Of a stretch of DNA of 64,000 bases, positions 27,201-38,496 are shown piece after piece. Within the stretch, counting starts at the first letter, position 1, and every line of letters starts with the position of its first letter. The position numbers and the translations under genes are program-made. The stretch lies in NCBI RefSeq assembly GCF_964355755.1, contig NC_092673.1, positions 2,790,001 through 2,854,000 of the forward strand, in the 5' to 3' direction. This stretch comes from Antedon mediterranea. Taxonomy: Eukaryota; Animalia; Echinodermata. The notes beneath the pieces are model-generated. The model saw nothing but the letters and a program-made list of their open reading frames with translations. It made no database searches and was not told the DNA's origin.

Positions 27201-30200
27201 GCTACCGAATCGGCAGGTAAGAACCTCTTACATTACCGTACAGTACTATGGTAATAATCATCATCTATATATAGGTAATTAGGTCAAAGGTCATCATCAA
27301 TAATTATTAATCACTAATTGTAATCTATAATTGGCATCATTAGTTCAATAAGTGTGACATGAACATTTCAATTGCTTTCTTTGTTTGTTGGTAATTACAC
27401 ATTAATTAGTAGTATTATTCGACTGCTACACTTCATATTAGTATAATAGTTATTTGCATGCTAAGATTCCATTCACAGAACAACAATGATATAATAAATA
27501 ATTATTTCTTATTGAATTAAATTTTCCTAATTAGGGTATCTTAATGCATCATACGTCATATTCGATAACGATTCAAGGAATCTCATGTAAATTAATTACA
27601 TAATTACGTAATAATGTTCCATAATTAAAATGAGTAGAAATTAACTATCAACATCTGTTTTCAAAATTAAGGATAATTAGGATAGCGAAAGTTGACAATA
27701 CTTTAAATATGTGTATTTAATGTGTCTTTTTCTAGGTGGCTGTGTGCGATGCTTGGTATTTTGATAACAGCAGGGGCAATGGTGTTGGTAAGTAACACAA
27801 AAGTTCGTTATAATTATCATAATCTTCCCAACCTTTCCAAAGGTTCGTTATATACAGTACCCCATCCAAGGTTCGTTATGTACCCACCCCTCCCAAGCTT
27901 CGTTCTATACCTCACCCCTCCCAAGCTTCGTTATATCTCCACACCTACCCCTCCCAATGTTCGTTATATACCCGACCCCCACCCATCCCAAGTTTCGTTA
28001 TATACCCCAACCCCTCCCAAAGTTCGTTCTATACCCCACCCTTCCAAGGTTCGTTCTAGCTCCCCACTTCTCCCAAGCTTCGTTCTAGTATACCCTCACC
28101 CCTCACCAAGGGTCGTTCTATACCCACCCTCCCAAGATTCATTCTATATCCCAACCCCTCCCAAGATTCATTCTATATCCCAACCCCTCCCAAGATTCGT
28201 TCTATATCCCAACCCCTCCCAAGATTCGTTCTATACCCACCCTCCCAAGATTCGTTCTATATCCCGACCGGTCCCAAGATTCGTTCTATACCCACCCTCC
28301 CAAGATTCGTTCTATATCCCGACCCGTCCCAAGATTCGTTCTATACCCACCCTCCCAAGATTCGTTCTATATCCCGACCCGTCCCAAGATTCGTTCTAGT
28401 ATACCCTCACCCCTCACCAAGGGTCGTTCTATACCCACCCTCCCAAGATTCGTTCTATATCCCAACCCCTCCCAAGATTCGTTCTATACCCACCCTCCCA
28501 AGGTTCGTTATATACCCCAACCCCTCCCAAAGTTCGTTCTATACCCCACCCTTCCAAGGTTCGTTCTAGCTCCCCACTTCTCCCAAGCTTCGTTCTAGTA
28601 TACCCTCACCCCTCACCAAGGGTCATTCTATACCCACCCTCCCAAGATTCGTTCTATATCCCAACCCCTCCCAAGATTCGTTCTATATCCCAACCCCTCC
28701 CAAGATTCGTTCTATATCCCGACCCCTCCCAAGATTCGTTCTACATCCCGACCCCTCCCATGGTTCGCTACTGCAGTAACTCAATTAAAAACAATTCGGT
28801 ATGTATAATTATTATAAGAGAAAATGATGGTAAATATTGATAATAAATGAGAACAAAATCATGTATATAAACACATAACAAAAATATAATGTTAGAACAA
28901 ATATGTATTCATTTCTATATTTATATGAAAATGTATATGATGGAAATACAAGTGGGATTAACCTAACCAAAAAAAACCCCAATTTGACAGCTCCATATTT
29001 TATGCTAAACTTAATAATGTTACGTAGGCCTATACATTTGTTCATTTTTCAGATATCATTCAGCACATCTATTCCAGATATTATTACTCCAAATTTACTA
29101 CTTGGTTTTGCTGTCGGTAGGTCATTTTAGGTTTTTATTTTAGATTTTCATTCTATTTTCCATCTCCACCCCACCCCCCGCTCCCAAGAATATTTGAATC
29201 ATCAACAAATTATTCATCAGCATATTATAATATTTCGCTGTCAAACTACCTCTCTCTCTTTCTCATAGGCCTATTTCTGTAGCGTATACCATTTCATAAC
29301 ATAAGCAAACAACGAAAAAGCTACAGTTGTACATTAAGTCAATATAGTTTTTAAGTGTATTTTTAAAAATCTACTTTTAAGGTATGGTAGACTCCACAAT
29401 GCTGCCACTGATGGGATACTTAGTGGATATTCGTCACGTGTCTGTTTATGGAAGCGTGTACGCAATTGCTGACGTAGCTTTTTGCATTGGCTTTGCTATC
29501 GGTACGTTTTATACATACATTTTATGTCAAGTATTGTATTATTATTATTATTATGAACATTTTGAGTTCAAGCCAAAGGCTTTTCGTAATGTATTATACT
29601 AAGTAGAAGTTTCTACAGCTGGGGTATCGGGTGATGCATTATTTCTAAGGTAATATATAATTGACTTTATTTAAAATGATAATTAAAACTGATTATTTAT
29701 ACAAACATTTTAAAAATGATGTTATTTTTTTTAAACTGAACAAACGATACTGAAATATCTTTAAAGCATAATACAATAGCATCACTCTTTTGGATACCAC
29801 TGCTGTGTATAATATAAGAAAGAACTGATCATGCTTTAAATTAATTTGTACATTTTTTGATTATTAAGTACGGAATAATATTTTCTTCTTGAAGGTCCGT
29901 CTTTAAGCGGAGAAGTGATGTCAATAGTGGGGTTTCCATGGTAATGTATACTATTCCTTAAATTATGGTATTTAATTAATTTATTATTTATTATTTTAAT
30001 CTATTATAATTGTAATTAGGCCTAATAATGTGCACATAATTCACCCATTTCAATATTTTGTTATGTTTTATAAAGCTCTGTTTACACTATCAAACTTCAT
30101 CATGTGATGTGATGTGCCCAAATTTGTTGTCACGGTGTACATAATTAATCAATAGTAAAATAGATGAACATTTGAATATTTTTTATAGGATGATTCGTGG

Positions 30201-30879
30201 TATGGCCGTGCTTAATATAGCGTTTGCACCACTCTGTATTTTTCTACGAAATCCACCGCCAACAGAAGACAAACAGGTAGGCCTATAATGTTTGGTAAAA
30301 TAATAATGTTTGTAGAATTGTTGTTGAATTAATGTTTGATGATGGTTTGCCCAATTAATTTACAGAAATGACTATACTGCCTAAAGGCCAATTTACACAG
30401 ACGAGCAGTAATACAATATAGAATCTATGTTATTCCTTAAGCTTGGTTCCCACTAGCGACGTAAACACGTTTGGCGTTATATTACAACACCAAACATTGT
30501 GCTTTCCCCCGCCTGCGTGAAATTAAACATACTATACGATGTTTGCAGCACTATTGCATCGTCGGTAATCCCCACTTTAATTCAGCACTTTGCGTCGATA
30601 CGTCGCCGGGTTACGTTGCGTCGCGTTCTAGTGGGAACCACGTTTTACCGTTACCGCTCGTCTGTGTAAATTGGCCTTAATACACTTGTTACAATTCCGA
30701 TAATGATTTTTCATTTCCTAATAGAATTTAGAATTATGTTGATATATTGAGAATAACTTATTACATTTTTTTTGCTTGATTATCACTTTTAGATGATTCT
30801 GATGAATGAAGAGATGCCAATTACGTACGTTACTTCGAAGCAAACCGACTACCAGGCGGTTGAAGGCGTAGAAAAATGA
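18249..30879 (+). CDS. SLC18A2: Vesicular monoamine transporter (SLC18A1/A2 VMAT-like, MFS), about 15 coding exons
   Basis: Exons approx. 18249-18375, 19553-19817, 21469-21527, 21883-21967, 24676-24768, 24980-25069, 25877-25984, 26293-26388, 27138-27216, 27736-27787, 29053-29116, 29382-29501, 29895-29941, 30189-30276 and 30793-30879. Motifs: [105 protein letters not shown]1 and the intron-rich structure fit VMAT rather than VAChT. An invertebrate gene would be co-orthologous to A1 and A2, so the symbol is approximate. Confidence 0.9.
18411..18590. mobile_element. MITE family TIR AGCTTGGTTCCCACTAG, copy 2 (inverted relative to 17271-17451)
   Basis: Near-exact reverse complement of the 17271 copy, lying in the VMAT intron just after the first coding exon. 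Confidence 0.85.
21148..21313. repeat. 61 bp tandem repeat x about 2.7
   Basis: atgctgtgggtatcagtggctggatctcaatggagatacaaaataagcactgacaaatgac is repeated. Confidence 0.9.
21357..21394 (-). ncRNA. Minimal hammerhead-ribozyme-like motif (Penelope-type)
   Basis: The minus strand reads CTGATGA-agagctagtgttggcc-GAAA-gctc. Both conserved hammerhead core boxes are present but stem II is weak. Confidence 0.4.
22115..23900. repeat. ~1.8 kb intronic minisatellite, core 22 bp tacagtactctgcgagttatta with variant units
   Basis: About 70-75 units. Variants carry aggc or aggcct insertions and recur in higher-order patterns. Confidence 0.95.
26000..26185. mobile_element. Interspersed repeat, reverse-complement copy of the element at 59272-59498
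   Basis: gcagccagacataagatgaaaggactgttacgaattcgtatcttgacaaggcgagctcagtgtcatgttgttag matches the reverse complement of 59283-59356. Confidence 0.75.
26475..26990 (+). mobile_element. Degraded LINE 3' end (L2/CR1-like) with (aataa)n tail
   Basis: Remnant [17 protein letters not shown] coding at about 26484-26525 and an A-rich simple-repeat tail at 26940-26990. Confidence 0.45.
27825..28768. repeat. C-rich ~25-30 bp minisatellite (cccaagattcgttctatatcccaacccct)
   Basis: About 33 units directly downstream of a VMAT donor site. A ~150-170 bp block at about 27985-28140 recurs at about 28500-28650. Confidence 0.95.
30383..30679. mobile_element. Nested MITEs: outer TIR AGGCCAATTTACAC, inner AGCTTGGTTCCCACTAG family
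   Basis: Outer ends aaggccaatttacacagacgagcagtaa and ttaccgctcgtctgtgtaaattggcctt; inner element at about 30440-30643. An uninterrupted relative of the outer element lies at about 55618-55793. Confidence 0.75.
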
Positions 30880-32576
30880 AAAACAGACAGATATTCTCTA
30901 ATATTAATTATTATCAAAATGGGTCGCTAAATAAAACAAATATGCCATAAATTATTTTTCATAGACTAAAACGTAGAATAAAGTAATTTTATCGATGTAT
31001 TTTTTTTTCTTTGTTGTTATTTAACCTTTTCAACCTTTAAACAAAACTATTCCATTATTTTGTATACGTTGACAAATTACTCACTTTTATTGCTGATCAT
31101 AAAAACAAAATATAGGTTAGTTAATTTTTTCCAAATACCAATACCCCGTTTATTGGATCAGTTTGAGACAATGTAAATATATTTTAACAGTAGGTAAATG
31201 ACCAGTATAACTTGGTAAAAACTACCGGATTACCAAATATCTATGGCCACGTTAATGAATGCTTAATGAGATGGCCTATCAGTGCTAGGAGGAAAGATGT
31301 TCCAATACTGACATTCGAAGTATATTTTTTGCTAATTTTACCTAAAAGCCGATGTATTCAGTATAGACCTTGTTACGCATGCGCATTAGAAGTCTGTGGA
31401 CAGATTTATTCAGGATGGATGCATATGTAGAAGAAAGCGAGCATGAAATGAAAAAATCGACAATAATTAGGAAAACAAATGAATGTAAGTGTACGCTTGA
31501 ATCACTGGTTGGTTCAAACATTGTCATGTAATTGTCTGTAAAATTATATGTATTCTCTATAATTTGTTTTCGTTATGTCAAGAACAGTAACCAAATAAAG
31601 TCAATCAAACAAAACATTTTCATTTATTATTTTAAGCGGCGCCTTATTTTACTTCTCGCATAGCGTCAACACACGGATATAAGTGGTGATAAAAGTGGTG
31701 TACAAGTGTTTTTACTGTGGATCTACTTAAGATTCGTTGGCTGTTTTCAATTGGAGGATATCAACTGATTAATAATACTCCTTGTTTCCTAAGTGAATGA
31801 TTCAAGATACAAAAAGAATACGTAATATTGATGGTAAGAGCAGTTTAATAAGCATTGGGTAATATCGAGTAACCTTGAAATAGAACAATCGTATTGTTTC
31901 ATTGTTTAAGAAAATCTTCGATTTAAAAACTGAATAACATACATCAATATTCTTAATTTAAAACACGTTTAGTTAATTATGTCGGGTCGATTTCTTTACA
32001 TTGAAATTCCCCGTCGTGAATAATACCACGTGGTCTAAAGAAAAGCAGTGGATTACATATCACTTCGATTTCGTTTTAAATAATTACATTTCAGCGGTAG
32101 ATTATTTCTGAATGGTATTTGTTTTTTGGTATTTACAACTGGTTCACTTAAATGTGAACTCTATAGATTCATCCCCACACCTAACGTTCGAGTTAAAGCA
32201 TAAAGCTATGATGATGGTGGAGGTTTTCTTTCTGTAGTAGATAATAAGATGATATTCAATGTAGATGTAGCCTAGAGAGTTAGGATCCGATCGATCCGTT
32301 CCTAACTGGTGGGAACCGGCGGGACGGAGTTGTCCGAATCCTCGAAACTACCACCGATTAATCATGGTAATACAATCATTTAGGCGTGTCTTTAATCAAG
32401 TGTCATCTGGGTTTTAAAATTGATAGTATGCTATTGGGATGATAGGCCTACTCAGGGATAAAACAAAGGAAATCGCTTAGATTTTAAGCGGACGTTTAAG
32501 TATGGGCTTGAGACGTTTAATAATGTAGACAATGCTTTGAGATCGCTCATTTTTACTCGGTTACAGGTTAGACAAG

Positions 32577-35500
32577 ATGGCCACAACATCATATATTCTG
32601 GTAAGATACACGATTTATGGTGTAAGTAGTTGTTTATAGTTAGTTTAGTAGTTAGATATATATTTTATTTAGGGTTTGAACTACTAAAGTGATCAAAATG
32701 AGTATACATTAATGTCGAGGCTATACTGTATATAGCTAGGCCTATTGTATTAACCACGTGACTATGTAGCGTCGGTTTATTTATAATATATATATATATT
32801 TCCTTTAGGCCTATATTTATAATAATGTAGACACTAATTTGTTCTTGAGCTATGGAGAAATTTGTACTCTGTATTATTTTTTCGGAAATAAAAGATGAAA
32901 TGAAATTAAAAATCGAAGGATACGGCGGACTGCGCATGTTATGTTTATTATTGTGTATTAATGTATACTTATTGTTTAGATGCTTCCAAAAGCTTTCCAA
33001 CTAATTTCCATTATGGACTGCACCTAATTTTACAGATACTTGCTTTGGTAATTTTTGCTGCTGCGGAAAGAGGCGATGTGGAGGTATCGCGCCGAGTAAG
33101 AGCTGCGTCCGATGTAGTTTTGAAATTTAAAGGATGTCGCATGTAAGTTGATATCAATACATTACACAATAACAAAGAGTTTATTTTTAATAATCTATTA
33201 GGCCTATCTGCTACTGTCAAAGTGTATCTTAAGCACTGTCTACACATATCAAACTTTATGTGACAACAAAATGTGGCTGATGATTTCATATGACTACCAT
33301 ATTTGGGCACATCACATTTTTTTGTCAAAAAGATTACCTATAAAAAACCAGTTCAACAGTTCCTAATCCCTTTGTTTTCACAGATTTAATGTGGAATGTT
33401 TACATTTGCAAGGAAACAACGAATAAGACTAGTACCTATTTATCGCGGTGATTGCGTTCCACATTTCATTTCATTTCATTTATTCCACATTTATTTAGTC
33501 ATCAATTACATTACATCATAATTAAAGTACAACTGAAAACAGGGATCCTGCATAAAAAAGCTGTAGCTTCGTTTTTTTGTAGAACCCTTCTACATAAGAA
33601 CAAGTATATAGAACTTAAATAAAACAAAGGTGTTGTTAAAAAATGTTCCATAGATATAATGATAACAGTTTCATCATTATTTCAATCCCTAAACACAAAT
33701 CTGGGTCAGAAAATAATAGTAACGATTAGATATACATAAATAATTTTCTTGTGATAGCATGGTATACTACTGTTAAGCATTTCCCTAAAGGGCAAATCAA
33801 ATACAAATATATAAACTGAAAGATACACAAATTATGATAAATAAGTTAACAAACGTTTCATAACTAAACAACTTTTTTCATTAAACATGCAATATATTTT
33901 GTAATAGATAACATAACAAAAAAATATGCAGAAAATAATGTAAATATATATATGAGATTCTGTAATTGTTGAATAAAGGTGGTAGTTAACCACAAAAGAT
34001 AAAAAAAAAAATAATAATAATTTTCTATTTATTTACTGATATATTTTTTTATTTTTACAGTACTAGTGACCAAGCAAAACTAATAACCGCTCTTTATGGG
34101 GAAATACTAAACGTTCCAAGAAGGACTGGGAGAAGCGTTCGTGCTGCTGGTCTATTTGGTGTCAGTAGCAGCTTACAGACAACGGATGAACCGACAGTGG
34201 AGCCAACAGCAAATGTAACAGGAAGTGAATCATTATTGGAAGCCAAAAATGCAACAGACGCACCTCAAGAAAGTCTACAAGACATCAACAAAACCAAAGA
34301 AGAGGCAGGACACGGCAATATAGAAACCAACTTGCAACGGCAAACAACGCCGAAACCAATCGATAACTACCAGGATCAGGATGGCGGGAATAACCCGTCT
34401 GGCAATAAATGGAGTTCTTGGAGTTCTTGGAGGACATGGTCAACGGGACAACAGGAACAACCACATAATCCAATAAATAACCAAGACCAAGGTGTAGACC
34501 AGAACCCGTCTGGTAATGATTGGAATTCCTGGAGGACATGGTTCACAGGGCAACAACAACCACAAACCGACCAAAGACCAGAGAGAGGACAGAACCCGTC
34601 TGGTAATACCTACTGGGAGACCTGGTCTACATATGGACAGCAACCAACTGGGAGCAAAGACCATGATTGCGAAAATGATAAAGAGCAGTCAGAGATAAAC
34701 AGAGGACAGGCGGCTTCACTAGGTCATCGGGTATCTGGAATACAGGGCCCAAGGGGAGAAAAAGGCGGGAAAGCTCCATCTAACTCTGACAATACTAGAT
34801 CAAGTTGGTGGAGGACATGGCAAGATCAAGGCACACAAGCGCCGTCTAATAGTCCAGAGCCATCAACAAGTCAAAGTCCATATCGTACTGCAAGGGCCAA
34901 TTGGTGGAGAACGTCTAATTGGCAATATGGTCCTACAAGCCAAGTATCAAATCAGAGGAGACAGGGAACACGAGACGGTCAAGGAACTTATTCAAGTAGT
35001 TCATCTTGGTCAAGTTGGTGGACAACTTCTACTGGACAACAAGGCCCTTCGGGTAGTCAAGGACGTAGAGGTACTCAGGGTAGTCAAGGTGGACAAGGAA
35101 CAAGAGGAGAACAGGGCCCGACTGGAAATCATGGACCTCAAGGCGGGCAAGGGCAAACAGGAAGACAGGGTTCATCAGGTAGACAGGGACCAAGAGGAAA
35201 CGAAGGACGGTCAGGTGACCAAGGTCCACGAGGCGTACAAGGACCGAGGGGAAGTCAGGGGCCATCAGGTGGTCAAGGAAGACAAGGACCAAGAGGAGGA
35301 CAAGGACCATCAGGTAGTCAAGGACCTAGTGGTAGCCAAGGACCTCAAGGAAGACAGGGTCCACATGGAGGTCAAGGACCTCAAGGAGGACAGGGTCAAC
35401 GTGGAGGTCAAGGACCCCAAGGAGGACAAGGGCCAAGGGGAGGACAAGGACCATCAGGTAGCCAAGGACCTAGTGGTAGCCAAGGACCTCAAGGAGGACA

Positions 35501-37140
35501 GGGTACACGTGGAGGTCAAGGACCCCAAGGAGGGCAAGGGCCAAGGGGAGGACAAGGACCATCAGGTAGCCAAGGACATAGTGGTAGCCAAGGACCTCAA
35601 GGAGGGCAGGGTCCACGCGGAGGTCAAGGACCTCAAGGAGGACAAGGTCCACGTGGAGGTCAAGGACCTAAAGGAGGACAAGGACCAAGGGGAGGACAAG
35701 GGCCGAGTGGTAGCCAAGGACCTCAAGGAGGACAGGGTCCACGTGGAGGTCAAGGGCCTCAAGGAGGCCAGGGTCCACGTGGAGGTCAAGGGCCTCAAGG
35801 AGGACAAGGGCCTCAAGGAGGACAAGGGCCTCAAGGAGGACAAGGGCCAAGGGGAGGACAAGGACCAAGTGGAGGACAAGGACCTCAAGGAGGACAGGGT
35901 TCACGTGGAGGTCAAGGACCAACTGGAGGTCAGGGAGCATCGGGTAATCAAGGACCACAAGGAGGACAGGGTCCACGTGGAGGTCAAGGACCAACAGGAG
36001 GACAGGGAGCATCGGGTAGTCAAGGACCTCAAGGAGGACAGGGAGCATCGGGTAGTCAAGGACCTCAAGGAGGACAGGGAGCATCGGGTAGTCAAGGACC
36101 TCAAGGAGGACAGGGAGCATCGGGTAGTCAAGGACCTCAAGGAGGACAGGGAGCATCAGGTAGTCAAGGACCTCAAGGAGGACAGGGAGCATCGGGTAGT
36201 CAAGGACCTCAAGGAGAACAAGGGCCCAAAGGAGGTCAAGGGGAATCAGGCAATCAAGGACCCAGCGCGAGACAAGGTTCATCGGTCATCCAAGGGCCTA
36301 CTGGACCACAAGGAGGTCAGGAAACACAAGAACCACCACGGGGTCGTGATTCGTCAACGAGCCAGACGACCAGGTACTCATGTTCTACAATAACTAAGAG
36401 CAAAACTATTACCAAGGGAAAAAACAAAAGTGGAAAATCAGTATCTGTATTTCAGGGAACACTTTCCGATGGAACGAAATGGTATCAGACCATAGACAAG
36501 ATAAAATGCAAGTAAGTAACCTGTAGTGACAATGATGAACACGTATCATTCACACCCAATAAGTTTCAATACCTGGTTAATATTTTACCTAAAATAATCT
36601 ATATATATTTAAAACAAGGCCATATACATGGCTGGATCATCAGTCGCGTGTTCAAATTTGAGTTAGTGTTTAACAACCGACCGACCGACCAACCAACATA
36701 GTGAGCTATAGCGTCTAAAAATAATTTTGATATGACATTTTTGGCAATTTCCATTGTTAGGCTACACATTGTAAACTATTAAACCAACTCTTTGCAAAAG
36801 AATGTCTTTGCACAGACACCAGAGATCTGGAACCAACCTCGTTCCATCCGTTACACTACATCCCTTTTTCAATTCAAATCTCTCTTGAAAACTCACCTAT
36901 GTTGCGTTGTGCAATGTTCGATATTATTATTTTTTTATACATTAAATTTCAAATTAAATTGTTATTTTTAACAGGGGTAGATGTGGTGCAAACGGACAAT
37001 CTAAATGCGCTGTTAAATACTGCTATCGACAGGTCTTGGTTTACACAGGCTGCGGAGACGCTCAGTTCGGCGTTAATCTAGAGTTTCAAGAGGTCAAACA
37101 ACCATGTAGCTGCATATGCAAAGACGATCGCTACCAATAA
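32577..37140 (+). CDS. Secreted ~915 aa protein: signal peptide, Trp-rich repeats, long Gly-X-Y tract, C-terminal Spaetzle/neurotrophin-like cystine knot (gene A)
   Basis: Exons 32577-32600, 33036-33142, 34061-36511 and 36975-37140 join in frame (2748 nt) at canonical sites. N-terminus MATTSYILILALVIFAAA. C-terminus YSCSTITKSKTITKGKNKSGKSVSVFQGTLSDGTKWYQTIDKIKCKGRCGANGQSKCAVKYCYRQVLVYTGCGDAQFGVNLEFQEVKQPCSCICKDDRYQ. The first-exon choice is less certain. Confidence 0.8.
36800..36900 (+). mobile_element. L2-type LINE C-terminal fragment in the last intron of gene A
   Basis: Degenerate ...PEIWN...FKSLLKTHL coding remnant, similar to the clearer copy at 61057-61200. Confidence 0.45.
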
Positions 37141-37596
37141 TAAGCCAGGATTATGGTGGGCTACATAGGGTGTGACTGATAATTCATATGATGCATTAAA
37201 GCGCGTACCATCGATGTACGATGCCAAGAGTTATCAACAACCGTTTCACAGTTTAATCTATTTGTTTGTAAAACATAATATGAAAACGAATGTAGTTTAT
37301 ACTATTTCATTTTAATCTCAACGTTTTGATCAACTTGTTTTATTTTGTATAATGATATGAATATGAATGAATGAAACAAAAATGCAAATACGGCCGTTCC
37401 CTACAAATTTAACGCATAATGAGCGTATTGTTTTAAAAAAATGACTCTTTGTATATAAAATAAATAAAGATTAAAAATGAAAAAAAAAAACACACAAACT
37501 ATTGCATTCTCTAGAATAATGACGATCACATGTATGAGGAAAGAATGGAAAGAATGAATGAATGAATGAACAAACAAACGAGTGGATGATACTAAC

Positions 37597-38496
37597 AAAC
37601 GACTGGAAGAGAGGACAGACTAATGGATGGAGCAGTGGCCAGGCCACTGGAAGAGAGGACAGAGAACTGAAAGAGAGGACAGACGACTGAAAGAGAGGAC
37701 AGACCACTGGAAGAGAGGACAGGCCACTGGAAGAGAGGACAGAGGACTGAAAGAGAGGACAGACCACTGGAAGAGTGGCCAAACCACTGCAAGAAAGGAC
37801 AGACGACTGAAAGAGAGGACAGACCACTGGAAGAGAGGACAGACCACTGGAAGAGAGGACAGAAGACTGAAAGAGAGGACAGACCACTGGAAGAGAGGAC
37901 AGACCACTGGAAGAGAGGACAGAAGACTGAAAGAGAGGACAGACCACTGGAAGAGAGGACAGACCACTGGAAGAGAGGACAGAGGACTGAAAGAGAGGAC
38001 AGACGACTGAAAGAGAGGACAGACCACTGGAAGAAAGGACAGGCCACTGGAAGAGAGGACAGAGGACTGAAAGAGAGGACAGACCACTGGAAGAGTGGCC
38101 AAACCACTGGAAGAGTGGCCAAACCACTGGAAGAAAGGACAGACGACTGAAAGAGAGGACAGACCACTGGAAGAGAGGACAGACCACTGGAAGAGAGGAC
38201 AGAAGACTGAAAGAGAGGACAGACCACTGGAAGAGAGGACAGACCACTGGAAGAGAGGACAGAAGACTGAAAGAGAGGACAAACCACTGGAAGAGAGGAC
38301 AGACCACTGGATGGAAGAGAGGACAGACCACTGGAAGAGAGGACAGACCACTGGATGGAAGAGAGGGCAGACCACTGGAAGAGTGGACGACGACTGGAAG
38401 AGAGGACAGACGACTTGCTTAAAGAGAGGACAGACCACTGGAAGAGTGGACGACGACTGGAAGAGAGGACAGACGACTTGCTTAAAGAGAGGACAT
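37597..38496. repeat. 20 bp purine-rich minisatellite (agaccactggaagagaggac) x about 43
   Basis: Tandem units with alternating variants (agacgactga, agaagactga, agtggccaaacc). It explains all the overlapping long ORFs at 37471-38548. Confidence 0.95.

Noticed and set aside
27788-28399. Pro-rich extension of the 225 aa ORF
   Set aside because: Only 27736-27787 is a VMAT exon. The rest is read-through into an intronic minisatellite.
31831-31833. ATG immediately before a donor site as the start of gene A
   Set aside because: Spliced to the 32567 exon it is out of frame with the downstream exons. It works only if that exon is skipped, so I kept 32577 as the start. This is unresolved without RNA data.
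34927-36393. 488 aa VVKDLKED-repeat ORF and the antisense ORFs over the Gly-X-Y tract
   Set aside because: These are shadow frames of the repetitive Gly-X-Gln codons and have no independent splice or start support.
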